NCBI GenBank assembly: GCA_977017575.1
Contig: CDRNVI010000013.1
Location: forward strand, 1-64,000
DNA length: 64,000 nt
Direction: 5' to 3'
DNA from: Paramoeba atlantica
Taxonomy: Eukaryota; Protista; Discosea
Shown here: one piece after another, positions 52,075 to 63,534 of the stretch
How positions within the stretch are numbered: the stretch's first letter is position 1
Layout: each line of letters starts with the position of its first letter
The notes under the pieces: model-generated
Told to the model about the DNA's origin: nothing
Seen by the model: only the letters and a program-made list of their open reading frames with translations
The model's database searches: none
Translations under genes and position numbers: made by a program

Positions 52075-53345
52075 CCGATTGTGATGCACGCGATGTACAT
52101 GTAGGTGGTGTTTCATCATCGTTGGGAGTCCGATAATCGGGTTTTACAGGCGTGAAATACGTATCAGGTGTGATAGTGATAGTGATAGTGATTACAGGCG
52201 GTTACCCTAGTACAAGGATGTCGCCTCCCCTGAGAAAGCAGGGGAACTTGGGGGAAGGAGCCTGGTCGCTGGATCATCGAAACTCTTGCGAGTTTCGAAT
52301 AGGGTATGCAAATCGGTGAGCGATTTGCTGCCTCCGCAGATCCTAGGACTTCCTTCCCCGGGCACGTGGAGAGCTAAGCCCTCGCTATTCGGCGAACTGG
52401 GTGTTAGCCCTGATTCATTCCGAATGCCCCACGTCTCCCGAAGGAGAAACTAGTGCCATATTCGGGAGTATCAAGTCTCAGCTTCAACGGTTTTTGGCTC
52501 CTCAGCTTCAACGGACCAGACGTATCAGGTGTATCCCCTTCGGGCGCGTCGGAGAAGATGTCGAAACCTCGCACGTCGTGAAACCATCCCTCCCCATGAT
52601 TTGAGTAGCCGTTGACGTATTGTTTTTTTAGTGGGCTTTCATCTCTCTTCAATAAATGAGCTCCGTTGAGGGTTTGAAGTCCCTTCCAGACTGTTTTCCC
52701 GACAAAACCGGCCACTTTCCCGATGGCCGCCAGCCGATTTGTCTGATTTACCGCTACCCGGTTTGGAGTTACTTTTTCGAGTCCTTCTTGTGAAGCCTGT
52801 TTCGCTGTTATCGCTTTCGCGGCAGCTTCCTGCGCGGCGCCTTCTTTCGCGGCAGCTTCCTTCGTGGCGGTTTCTTTTGCGACAGCCTCCTGTTCTTTCA
52901 TTGTATCAAGCAGGTGCTGGAAGGATCTATAACGAGTGCCGCGTCGACGGATGACGATTTTACCGGGCGACGCTTTGCCTATTGAAGGGTAAGAGGTTAG
53001 GGAGGTGTTCTTTGTTGATACGCTTGTTTCGCAACTCGCGCTGCCTTTCTCCGGTCTGTTGCATGATGGCTCACGCGACTTCGGGGCCGTGAAATTGATT
53101 GACGATTGGTCCGGTCGTTGCGGTGGTGGCTGCAGTGGTGGCTGTGGTGGTGGTGGCGATCGTTGCTGCGGCGGTGGCGACTGCTGGGGCGGTGGTGGCG
53201 ATGGCGGCGGTAGTAGCGTTGGCTTTTCCGCGGGGAGTCTCTTCTTCCGGCGTGTGGGGGGAAGCGACTGGACGACGGGAGCTACCCCCGTCTCCTTCGC
53301 TTTGGCACGCGTGAGCATGCCCATTTCAAAGAAAAAGAGTAGGAA
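52075..53345 (-). pseudogene. 5' fragment of the same CRE-like family as 40761-45197
   Basis: Near-identical reverse complement of about 40740-41650, interrupted at 52172-52519. Confidence 0.93.
52172..52519 (-). mobile_element. 348-bp SINE-like short retroposon with (ACTATC)n tail and 13-bp TSD
   Basis: TSD ACGTATCAGGTGT at 52159-52171 and 52520-52532; the empty site is at about 41552-41564. Confidence 0.86.
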
Positions 53346-53424
53346 CGATGGTCTTACAAAAAACGATGGTCTTTTTTTTTTGTCTTAATAAAAAACGTTG
53401 TCTTAATAAAAAACGTTGTCTTAA
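53345..53424 (+). repeat. Short 18-bp satellite with degenerate units
   Basis: ACGATGGTCTTACAAAAAACGATGGTCTT, then about 2.5 canonical units. Confidence 0.85.
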
Positions 53425-53480
53425 GAATTTCATTTTGTGTGAATATCGTACTTTGTAGAGATCCTATATAAAGTATACGG

Positions 53481-53553
53481 TCTTCAAAAAAACAAAGGTC
53501 TTCAAAAAAACAAAGGTCTTCAAAAAAACAAAGGTCTTCAAAAAAACAAAGGA
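53481..53553 (+). repeat. 18-bp variant array (GGTCTTCAAAAAAACAAA)x4
   Basis: Four tandem units. Confidence 0.92.
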
Positions 53554-53735
53554 ATATGGCCTATCCTCCTGTTCTCTGGCCTTGGTTTTGAATGAAACAA
53601 AAAGATCGAGCTGAATATATGTTGGACCACATAAAACAGCATAAAACAGCATGGATGACACTTGTCCCCTCGAAACCAGCAAAGCCTCAAAGTAAAAAAG
53701 AACAGTTCCCGGATCAATTAGGAAAGAAAAAGAAA

Positions 53736-54557
53736 TCAACAACAAAAGAAACACAACAAATTTCGTCGCTGAAGAGGTCCGGTCTGACGAAAAGGTACTG
53801 GATTTGGGCGTGAAACTTGCGTTCCTGAAGTAGAAAACGATTGGACTCGGGCGTACAGTTGTTGTCGTTCGACTAACTGATCGCTCACATGATGATAAAA
53901 TTTGTCCTCTGGGCGTACATCTTTCTCCATTTTCTGGTGGACGAGATCAACGTCAACTCGGCGCGCCCGACAGTAAGCATCCCGAAGGGTTTGAATTATT
54001 CCGCGTCCCATCTCGAGATAGACCCCTTGGTTCCAATTTGGTATCAACCGAGCAAAAACAATCCACTTGCAAAAAATCGAATTGAACACACGTTCCTGCC
54101 GCTCAACGAAGCTCCGATCATAATAAAATCGGTTACCATGCAAACCAAATTCCGGGGCCTCTCTCAGCTCGCGAATCAAATCTCTGGTACGGAATCCGTC
54201 GTCGTCTAACGCATTAATCCACGGTTCAAAGGTTATCGGTTCATAAGGGTTCAATGCGTTGGGGTCAAGGAGCCTGGGACTGCCCTCCTGTGGGGCCTCC
54301 GGAAGCGTCAAGGAGGGTCCCTCAATCTGTCTCCCCCCTGCCATTTCTTGGGCGCTACTTGGCAGTTCCCCAGACGATCCCACTGGCTCAGAAATAGGGA
54401 CTTGCGAATTAGCAACTGATGACGGCACCTCGCGATCCTCAATAATGTTAATCTCAAAATAGTCCAAATCCGGGTGAGGAAAGGGGTACTCCTTAGACGG
54501 CTTATCTTCCCACACCCCCCATAAGTCAAGACCTTCCTTGCGCAACTTGCCCATCAA
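53736..54557 (-). pseudogene. Orphan gag-like fragment of another YR family
   Basis: YPFPHPDLDY, PYEPITFEPW, RDLIRELREAPEFG, and a truncated knuckle CFFC; homologous to the family 1/2 gags. Confidence 0.82.
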
Positions 54558-54813
54558 CGTTTGTCGAGCAACATTACGATCATCCTTGCGACGGAAACTT
54601 TAACTGTCGCGAATTAACAAAGGAAATAAAGTCTTGAATTTATAATCACCATAGCAAACGTCATATTCGTCTGTATACACATGGGGTTACATCTGGGGGG
54701 TGTATATATCAAATCAGTTGAATTCTTACAACAGGTACAATGCCCCTCGGCCATCACACAATAGATAAACTGGTATAACGTAAATAATTTATTCGCCCAA
54801 TTCTCTCCGTAAA

Positions 54814-55560
54814 CTATGAAAGAATTTTTATGATTTCAAACTCACATCTTATGCCTTGATCGTGTAGTAAATCAGGAAGCTGTATCTTATTCTTCCCTCC
54901 GAACCAGACACATTTCGTGGGCGCAACTTCTAAGCTGTTCGCCGTCAGGAGTGCACGTAACCGGTCGAAGGCTTTCGCCAGGAGGGTACTGTTTGCTGAG
55001 GCCAAGTTGATGTCATCAATGAAGGCAAAGATTTTGATTCCAGGAAATTCTTCTGCCAGCGTCTCGAGTATTGGTTGCATCAAAGCGCAAAAGTAGAGCG
55101 TCAAGAGAGGGGAGCCTTGACGCACGCCAGAGGAACTTTGCACCACTCCTGCAAATTTCCCATCTGCGCCGTAGAAAAGAAGCTCGGATGGATCTGCGTA
55201 CTCAGCTGTGAACATCCTTCTGAAAGGTCTCAGTGTGGAAAAACCGAAAACACATCTTGATATGTCGTCGCGGGACGGCGAGTTAAATGCGTTACGGAGG
55301 TCTACCGAAAGAATCGCATGCCCTAAGCGATGTAAGTCAGTTAATTCGTGTATTACTTTTTCGCAACCGCTCTTCATCATTACCCCGTATTGGTATGGCG
55401 CGAACAGTGGGGGTAAAGACTTTTCATAGCGCTGAAGAAGAAGTATTTCCGCGAGTTTCAAGATTACCTCACCCATTGCAATCGGTCTGACACCATTGTC
55501 CGGTTTCGGAAGCGCTAGGAGCCTGGCTCGTTTAATTCGGTGCATGATATCTTTGGACAG
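54814..55560 (-). pseudogene. C-terminal half of a CRE-like RT, split from 59682-61820 by a YR insertion
   Basis: LSKDIMHRIKRARLLALPKPDNGVRPIAMGE, VDLRNAFN, GVRQGSPL, FIDD. Confidence 0.9.
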
Positions 55561-58500
55561 GAAATCAGCGTCTTCTTTCTCACACATAATGAAAAAGAAT
55601 AAATAAAATGAAACCAATTCCTAATTCATGTAATATCTTTCTTCATAAAGCAATTCAAAGAATTCAACTGCTTTAGTATCCTCACCACCTATCCATGAAA
55701 AGAAATTAAGGTACCTGGCCATTTCAATCAAACTTACAGTATTTGAAACAAATCCACAACAAACTCCTTTACTTACGAACGGGCATCCCGTCCGCCAACT
55801 CCGCGAAGTGGTTGGGGGTTGGTGGGCGGGCGCAATAAAAAGGTTAGAGAAGGAGTGTCACTATACCAAACTAAATAAATGAAATCTCTAAACAAAACAA
55901 ACAAATCATATCTCATAATATAAATATTATGTGCCCCGAAGGGCCATTATATCAATCATCCTAAATTTCTAAACGTACACTTATATAAACAAAACAAACA
56001 AATCATATCTCATAATATAAATATTATGTGCCCCGAAGGGCCATTATATCAATCATCCTAAATTTCTAAACGTATACTTATAGAAATCAGCGTCTTCTTT
56101 CTCACACATAATGAACAAGAATAAATAAAATGAAACCAATTCCTAATTCATGTAATATCTTTCTTCATAAAGCAATTCAAAGAATTCAACTGCTTTAGTA
56201 TCCTCACCACCTATCCATGAAAAGAAATTAAGGTACCTGGCCATTTCAATCAAACTTACAGTATTTGAAACAAATCCACAACAAACTCCTTTACTTACGA
56301 ACGGGCATCCCGTCCGCCAACTCCGCGAACCAGCCCGCTCGCACGTAATACTACCACCCGAGCGCATGTGTTTTCAGCAAATGGTGGCGGCCACCTACTG
56401 AAACACCTACATATATAGCCTACATATATAGTATTTTTTTTTTTTGAGTACTACATTATTTCTGATTTGAATACTTTCATAACCGGCTAATCGGGTCCGC
56501 GGGGTTATCGGCAGATTTTATGTAGCGAGCCATAATGCATACGCCAAGATTCTGATTCTTTTTGAGTATATGTTTGAGCTCCACCGCAATGCTATCTGAT
56601 TTTGCAACTTTACGATTAAGGGCAGCTTTGCACGACGTATTATCTATAAAGAGGTCCACACAAGTCCCCTTTTGAAAGTGGTGGCCCAGTTTTTCAAATG
56701 CCAGTCGAACTGCCATAGCCTCCGCATGATTAACTTCATATTTAAATTCCGGTTCCCACGAGTCCCCCACAATGATCACTTGACCATCGTCCCGGTACAG
56801 AACTGCCCCCCATCCTTTAGCGGACGCGTCCGTGTAAAGACTATGCCTATGAGGAACGACATCCGGGTGTGGTGGCGGTGCGATTGGTTCGTTCCGTAAA
56901 ATGATATTCCTCCAGTCCGCCAGGATAGAACGAGTTGCTGTCGGAAGCGGAACAGGATATTCCGCCAGTTTGGGATTTCTATTGAGCTCATTGATCCGTC
57001 GTCGAACAATCTTTAAAGGAAAATGATACTCAGGAATGATATGTCCCAAGACCGCTGCCGCGTAGAGGAGGCGCCCCACCGCCGTCTCCAGTTGAGAAAA
57101 CGTTATGTTACGATAGCGATCGCGCGATATTTTTTGTAAAACCTTAGGTCCCAGGCTGACCTTGTGGGTTTCATGATTGTACAGGACTCCATTGAACACA
57201 TATTCTTTGGAAGGGTCGGATCCGGTCTCCTTAAATAAGCCACCGACTTGAGCACACCGTCCGTCAACAAATTTAACAAATTTGATGCATTCTTCACGGG
57301 TTCCGGCAAATCGAATACCGTCTATGTAAATATCCACGGAGCCAATACAGGAGCCCAGTGTGGGCTTGTATACAGCGGAGTCGCACGCGATAGCTGCTGT
57401 CAGTTTGTGCATAATTTCCGGGGCGCATCGGTGCCCCATGGGCATAACTTTCATCTGGTGCAAGACTCCATCTTGGTCACGAAAACGAAATTTGGCACGT
57501 GCCGCGCGCGGAACTCCGATTTAGTAGAACCCGCAACGTAAGTCGCGCTTAACGCCTGCTTCTTCCTCAGCCTTATGCAGATACCAAGAAGGGTGCAATA
57601 AAGGAACGTCGGGCTTATAGTCCTTTAATCTGATATTGTCGTCCTTGGTCCAGGATATGAATCGGCGCCGGGCGTTCCCCTCCTCATCGGATTCAACTAC
57701 GGTAAAAGGAATAACGTATTGTAAAGTCGGATGCTGATGGAGTTCTTTCTGTTCGACTGTTTCAATCACTCCAGCGTCAAGCAAACCAACGACATCAGCT
57801 TCCGAAAGATTACCTTTGATTGCTGGTTCGGTCTGCGCTGCAAGTCGCGTGTCAAATAAGTGTCTCATCACGGTTTCCAGGCGGTGAAGCGCACCAGGGG
57901 ACATCCAAGTCTTCACCTTGCACGTCCATTACGGGTATTCCAGCCTTAACGTGTAGGGGGAGGTTCATGTCTTCGGGACGTGCAAGACGGGAAGTGCGCC
58001 GCGCGCAAATAACACTGTATCGCCTAACGTGCGGTATTTGATCGAAACAAAGGTTGACATCCTCTTGAGTTATAGGGTTGGTAGGAGAACCGAAGCTCGC
58101 TGCGTACCGAGCGCCTTTTCCGTAGTTATCAGGTTCCCGTTGTATCGTAATAGGGAGTTGATGCATTGATGTTTGGCTATGTTTTGCACGTCTGAGAGAG
58201 CGACGCGTCCGAGCGCCACCTCGTTGAAGAGATACGTTATCGCGCCCCGCTTCAGGGAGTGTGTCCCGTAGCCGGGGCCCAGAATTTTCTTCATTTTCAC
58301 GTCCATTTCCCGAACCGTTGTGCTTGTCACCTGCTGACCCTTCCTCATAAACCGGACGTATTCCGCAATCTCTAGAGTTCCTTCCCCTTGTATGGCTGTG
58401 CACATCGATAAGCGGTACGGGTTGAGACGAGTCGATTTGGTGTTCCGTCCCCAATAGACTATGACTTCGTTCGGTTGATTCCGCACGAATCTTTCGAGGG

Positions 58501-59681
58501 TTAGTTCTGCGACTTCTGTCCATCTGGCTGCGGCCTTCCAACAGATCAACGCGGCGATCCCTTCGCTTAACGATAATTTTGTCCTTAGCCGGCGTAGTTG
58601 CCACGGAGTGATTGGCTCCATCTGACGCGTTGGTTCGAGAGCGCCTCTTGCCTGTAGAGCTTTTGCAAACATTTTGAGAGGGGTAGGATCGGTTTGACTC
58701 AGCTGAAATACGGTTTGAAGATTGCAAGTGTAGCTCAACAGTGTCGCAGGTGCCAGATCCATTTGCTGAAGGAACAAAACGGCGTGTATTGGATCTGGTG
58801 GTACCCCTCTTTCCCGACAAAAAAGTTCGAGCCTTCCCCACAGTCGTGCCCTTGAGAGCCAAGTAGCATTCGTCCACATGGGATTTATCGGGGTTCTCAT
58901 TTGGTGTGCTAGCGGGCTCGTACTTGGTAGATTCAAAATTGTGCATGTTAGCTTGTCCTTGGCAGACTGCACGTCCAGTTTCCTGATTTTGTTTCCGGCG
59001 GGATATACTTCTAGAGATCGTTTGGCCTGACCCGCCCTTGAGTACGTCCTTACTTCCGCCACCCGATGCTGTGGCTTCTGCAGTCCCGTTCCGTGACATG
59101 CCACAAAGGCATGCACCTTCCCTGCAGAGTGCAAATATGAGCTGAATGATAGACCTGGACAAATCACCCGCCGCTTTTTCAGCGGACAGGCACGAGCGAT
59201 GTAAGGGGTGGGGAGCACTACCTAGTGACTCCTCTTTGCACTCGAAGTGCCGCTCGTCACCCCTCCGCGAAAACCCGGGGTCAAGCGAGTAGACGATTGA
59301 TTTAACGGGCAGTTCGCTCGGAAATGGTTTGTGGCAGCGGTAGCAGAGAAAGGCCGGGCGATTCGTCGATTGTTTAGATACCGTCATGTTCCGTAGCTTT
59401 TCTTCTGCAACTGCCTTGTAGTACGCGTCCGCAATAAAAAGGTTAGAGAAGGAGTGTCACTATACCAAACTAAATAAATGAAATCTCTAAACAAAACAAA
59501 CAAATCATATCTCATAATATAAATATTATGTGCCCCGAAGGGCCATTATATCAATCATCCTAAATTTCTAAACGTACACTTATATAAACAAAACAAACAA
59601 ATCATATCTCATAATATAAATATTATGTGCCCCGAAGGGCCATTATATCAATCATCCTAAATTTCTAAACGTATACTTATA
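55561..59681 (-). mobile_element. YR family 2 copy 2 (gag largely deleted, pol degenerate, YR intact)
   Basis: A1 59430-59681, B1 56083-56329, A2 55831-56082, spacer 55808-55830, B2 55561-55807. About 0.83 kb of gag is missing at 59429; pol has a frameshift near 57915 and a TAA near 57522. Confidence 0.94.
58070..59218 (-). CDS. Family 2 tyrosine recombinase (intact; no ATG until about codon 107)
   Basis: WKAAARWTE, NTKST, GTHSLKRGA, AKHQCINSLLRY; in frame with the gag TAG. Confidence 0.9.
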   Translation of the reverse strand: MLPTPYIARACPLKKRRVICPGLSFSSYLHSAGKVHAFVACHGTGLQKPQHRVAEVRTYSRAGQAKRSLEVYPAGNKIRKLDVQSAKDKLTCTILNLPSTSPLAHQMRTPINPMWTNATWLSRARLWGRLELFCRERGVPPDPIHAVLFLQQMDLAPATLLSYTCNLQTVFQLSQTDPTPLKMFAKALQARGALEPTRQMEPITPWQLRRLRTKLSLSEGIAALICWKAAARWTEVAELTLERFVRNQPNEVIVYWGRNTKSTRLNPYRLSMCTAIQGEGTLEIAEYVRFMRKGQQVTSTTVREMDVKMKKILGPGYGTHSLKRGAITYLFNEVALGRVALSDVQNIAKHQCINSLLRYNGNLITTEKALGTQRASVLLPTL

Positions 59682-61820
59682 ATTTCCATTTACCAAATCC
59701 CTCATCATGTGGCAGAGGCATGAGCAACAGGTCTCGTCATCGAGAAGAATGCGTAGGATACCGTCCGTCATGCCAGAAGGACCTGGAGCAGCCCCCTTTG
59801 CTAGACGTCTGCCTGCTTCTCGCAATTCAACGGATGTGACACATGCGATAGCGGGTGCATCGGTGGGGAGTTGGAAACTGCACGGCAATTGTGGGTGAAG
59901 AGCCTCTAACTTTGCAAGAGTTTCAGCGTCGGATAATCGACCTTTTCTTACCTCTATGTCCAGAACCTTTGTTGCTTTGGAGGTGCAACCCTCCAAAGCA
60001 AGACGGATAGCTTTTTTTGCCGCACGTATATCTGCCTTTTCGAGGTTTTCCTCTGCAGGTGAACACTGGGACACCTCATGGGGATGCGGCTTCCGCCGCC
60101 GCTTCTTGCCTGCAGTTTCTCGGATTGTGGCTAAGGAATGTTTCGTAGCAGACATCAAACGGTGCCATATTCTATTGCGATACTCGTAATTGCTGTCGGG
60201 ATAATCTCGAAGTATGTCTCTAAAAATCATCACTTCTCCGGGAATATATTCGGCAGGTATGGTACGCATGGTGGGCAGCGGCTCGAAATCGAGATCCTGT
60301 TCCGTAGTAGAAGTAGTATTAAGCTGATCTGTGTTATGTAGCTCTTCTTCGACATTCTTTCCGCTCTTCCAGATAATTTTGTAGATACGGACGTTGTTAT
60401 GTGGGGGTAGTTGGCCGGTAAGGCTCTCCCCGGTGCGGTGACCATAAAGTCCGAGATATTCCACAGCTATTTTTGCCGCACCTCCTCTTCCTTTCTTCCC
60501 TAAGACCTTCCCGGATGAAATGTTAAGTTTGTTTTGACGGTCGAAACTCCAAGCCACAACGACCTCTTCGCCCGTTTTCGCCGATTTCGCGTGTTTCAAA
60601 ATTGTTTCTGATGATAGCGGAAAATCATACGAAGGGGATACGTTTGTTATAAGCTCTTTAACGAGGCTGCGATCGTCGAAAGGAATCGTTGGCGGTGGCG
60701 AGGTGAAGTCATGGAATATTTCCTGAGTTCTCGTTGGCGAGCTAGAATTTATCAGATGAGCGTTTCTATGGGGTGTTTCTATGAGATCAGTTTCTGACGA
60801 GGCTGCGTGTATCGCGGGATCTTCCCTTACCAGTTGGTTCTCTTCGATCTCGCACGAGTCATCCTTGCCCGTCATGGGAGTGTGGGGCTCCATCCCGTTG
60901 ACCTTTGACGTATTGGGTGTTTCCACCTGGCTGATCGCGGTCAGTATCGCGGTCGTATCACTTTCCGGGTGTTTTTTTGCGCGGCGACAAAAAATGTTTG
61001 ACAGAAGATCCTTGGAAAACAATTTAGCCGGTATTGTAACCGTGGATTTGATCGCTGGAGTTGGCGAGGGAAGTGGCGGAGGAAGCCGCGGAGGGATCAA
61101 AGGAGGAGTAGATGGGACGGGTGGCTCAGTAGCGCTCTGCGCAACGATGGCCTTTGCAGCTGAATTCTTCGCTATCCTCTCTTTGCGTAGTTTTTCGTGA
61201 TATTCCCATCTAGCTTGTTTGCGTTCTTTCCTTTGGTGGAACAGTTCTTCGTCGGAGAGTATCCGTGCCGTCGGATTCAACGGGCGCAGAACTATGTCGT
61301 CGATTGGTTCCTCTGTCTCCTCTGCTCTAGCTGTGCGTGGCGATCTAGCGGGCGAGCTTGAAAGTGCCTTAGCGTATGAAAGTGTTGTGACCGATATACT
61401 GTGCGCTCCGACTTTTTTTTCCATGTGCGCTCCGACCCTTTGCATTTGGTTTAATATCGGCGAGGGACTAGTCGACATTCGAGACGAGTGCGCCTTCACT
61501 CGCGCTCTCCGAGATAGTGTATGCATGCTCGGCCTTGGGGCCCTCGGCGGGGAAGGCGTAGAATGTGGTGTGGACGGCGCTTGCTGCGAGGACAACTTGC
61601 TTCCCTGGAATTCCACACCCGGTGACTTGATTCGCGTTGACTGTGCGTCGGCAATGCTTGTAGAAACCTTCTCTGGTGTTAACACGGGGGCGGGGGCAGG
61701 GGCGACCGAGAGTGTGGACGGTGACGCTGGGGGTGCTTTCTTCCTCCGCCGAGCTGGAAGGGGCAAAATCATTGGGGTTTCCCCCGATTCTTTTGCCTTG
61801 GCGCGAGTAGTCACGCCCAT
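59682..61820 (-). pseudogene. N-terminal half of a CRE/SLACS-like ORF
   Basis: MGVTTRAKAKESG..., GAAPGPSG, CHMMRDLVNGN, then cut by the YR element. Confidence 0.9.
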
Positions 61821-61842
61821 AAAGGTAAGGAGATAAAAAAAA

Positions 61843-61877
61843 CAACAAGGTACAGAAACTGTATCTTTATCGTTAAA
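61843..61877 (-). other. SL-like 35-mer upstream of the CRE-like ORF
   Basis: Exact reverse complement of 35897-35931. Confidence 0.82.
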
Positions 61878-61915
61878 GGTCTTCTTGCGTGTGGCTGGCA
61901 TTGCTTGCATGAAAG

Positions 61916-62107
61916 TCTTTTGTTAAGACCCTTTCTTTTGTTAAGACCCTTTCTTTTGTTAAGACCCTTTCTTTTGTTAAGACCCTTTCTTTTGTTAAGA
62001 CCCTTTCTTTTGTTAAGACCCTTTCTTTTGTTAAGACCCTTTCTTTTGTTAAGACCCTTTCTTTTGTTAAGACCCTTTCTTTTGTTAAGACCCTTTCTTT
62101 TGTTAAG
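61916..62107 (-). repeat. 18-bp variant array (GGGTCTTAACAAAAGAAA)n, about 10.5 units
   Basis: Perfect tandem TTTCTTTTGTTAAGACCC on the + strand. Confidence 0.96.
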
Positions 62108-62184
62108 TATTTTCTTGCGCTTGGAAAACTCTTATAATAATATGTTTAATACCCACTGAGTAGATCATATGTTTTCCTTTTTGT

Positions 62185-63464
62185 AAATTATGCAGTCTGA
62201 CTTAGCTTCTAATATCGATTAGAAGTTCGGATTCTCTTTTGACCATGGATCTCCAACTCTAAATTCCCAACTCTGCGGCACCCTTATCCTTCTCCAGAAA
62301 AGACCTCAGCTGTGAATGCACAACGGCCCCATTTAACTCTTGCAGGTGGAGCTGAAATTCGAGGTGTACTTGCTTCCGGGGGAGACAGCACGCATCTGCT
62401 AGAGCACTCAGAAGGGACTTCGTGTTGTGGTGAAGCGCCCCCCTGACAGCATTGGAATGCATCTGAACATGTCCTCAGGAATTGTGCCGGGTCGGACGTA
62501 AGTGTCATGCCTTCGTTTGATGGCATCACGAAACAGCTTTGCACAGTTTGTACCTAGGTTCGATGGCGCTAATTCATGAATTACGGTGAAATCATAAAAA
62601 ATTTCCCCTGTATTCCAAAAAACGACAAGGTCAGGTCCTGATCTTCGAAAAGAACGACCACCGCATACCTTTTCATGCGTCCGCCGGTAATCGGAGTCCA
62701 CTTTCTGGTTACACTGCGTGCACGCATATGTCGAGAAATTACGCGGTTCTTTTTCGCATGGAATGCCTGCCTTCAAACAGAGCTCGTAAAGAAAATTGAC
62801 TAGCGAATTATGTTTTGTAGTTGCGTTTAAGCCTGGGCACTTCGAACACCCGGGGATGTGTGTTAAAATTGTTTGCGATTCTAGTAGCATTTTGCAACCA
62901 GGGCAGAGCAATTGCTTAGGTAGACTCGGATGAGCAATACCCAATCTCGGCATCATTGCAAGCGAGAACAAATGCGAGGGCACAAATTTTGCATTGGACA
63001 TAACCCATTCTGCATTACCCGTGTAACTTACCGCTTTCAGGATGGAGGCACTATTCGCTGTCGATGATGTTAAAGATTCCCACGCCTGCGTATGTAGTTT
63101 TGCCGCTACTGTGTGTTCGTCGAATGGCACGTTTTTGTCCTTGTCGCTGTGGGCGCTGTCCCTTGCGTTTACTTCACGTTGTTCAGTCCGAGCTGAAAGA
63201 TTTTTTGGGCGCTCAAAAACCGAAAACCATGAAGATTCAAAAGCGGCATGTCTCGTTGGAAGGCACGCTGTTAAACCTAACCCGCCTTTCTTCACCGGTA
63301 GCCTGATTTGCGTTATTTGCTCCTTTGTGAGTGATCCGAACCAGGATTGTAGAACGTCTTCCACCTCTTTATCAAAACGTTCTGTCAATGCCTCCGAAGC
63401 ATCGGGATGGTGCACCCGCATTTGATATCTTTGTCGGACGTTAACGCATTTTGACAACAATTTC
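62185..63464 (-). pseudogene. 5'-truncated CRE-like copy, near-identical to about 39441-40728
   Basis: Same protein and 3'UTR; a 1-nt shift near 62440 breaks the ORF. Confidence 0.93.
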
Positions 63465-63499
63465 TTTAACGATAAAGATACAGTTTCTGTACCTTGTTG
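63465..63499 (+). other. SL-like 35-mer
   Basis: Identical to 35897-35931; followed by a T-rich UTR and ATG. Confidence 0.82.
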
Positions 63500-63534
63500 A
63501 TTTTTTTTTTCTTATTCTGACAACCTTCACTTTT

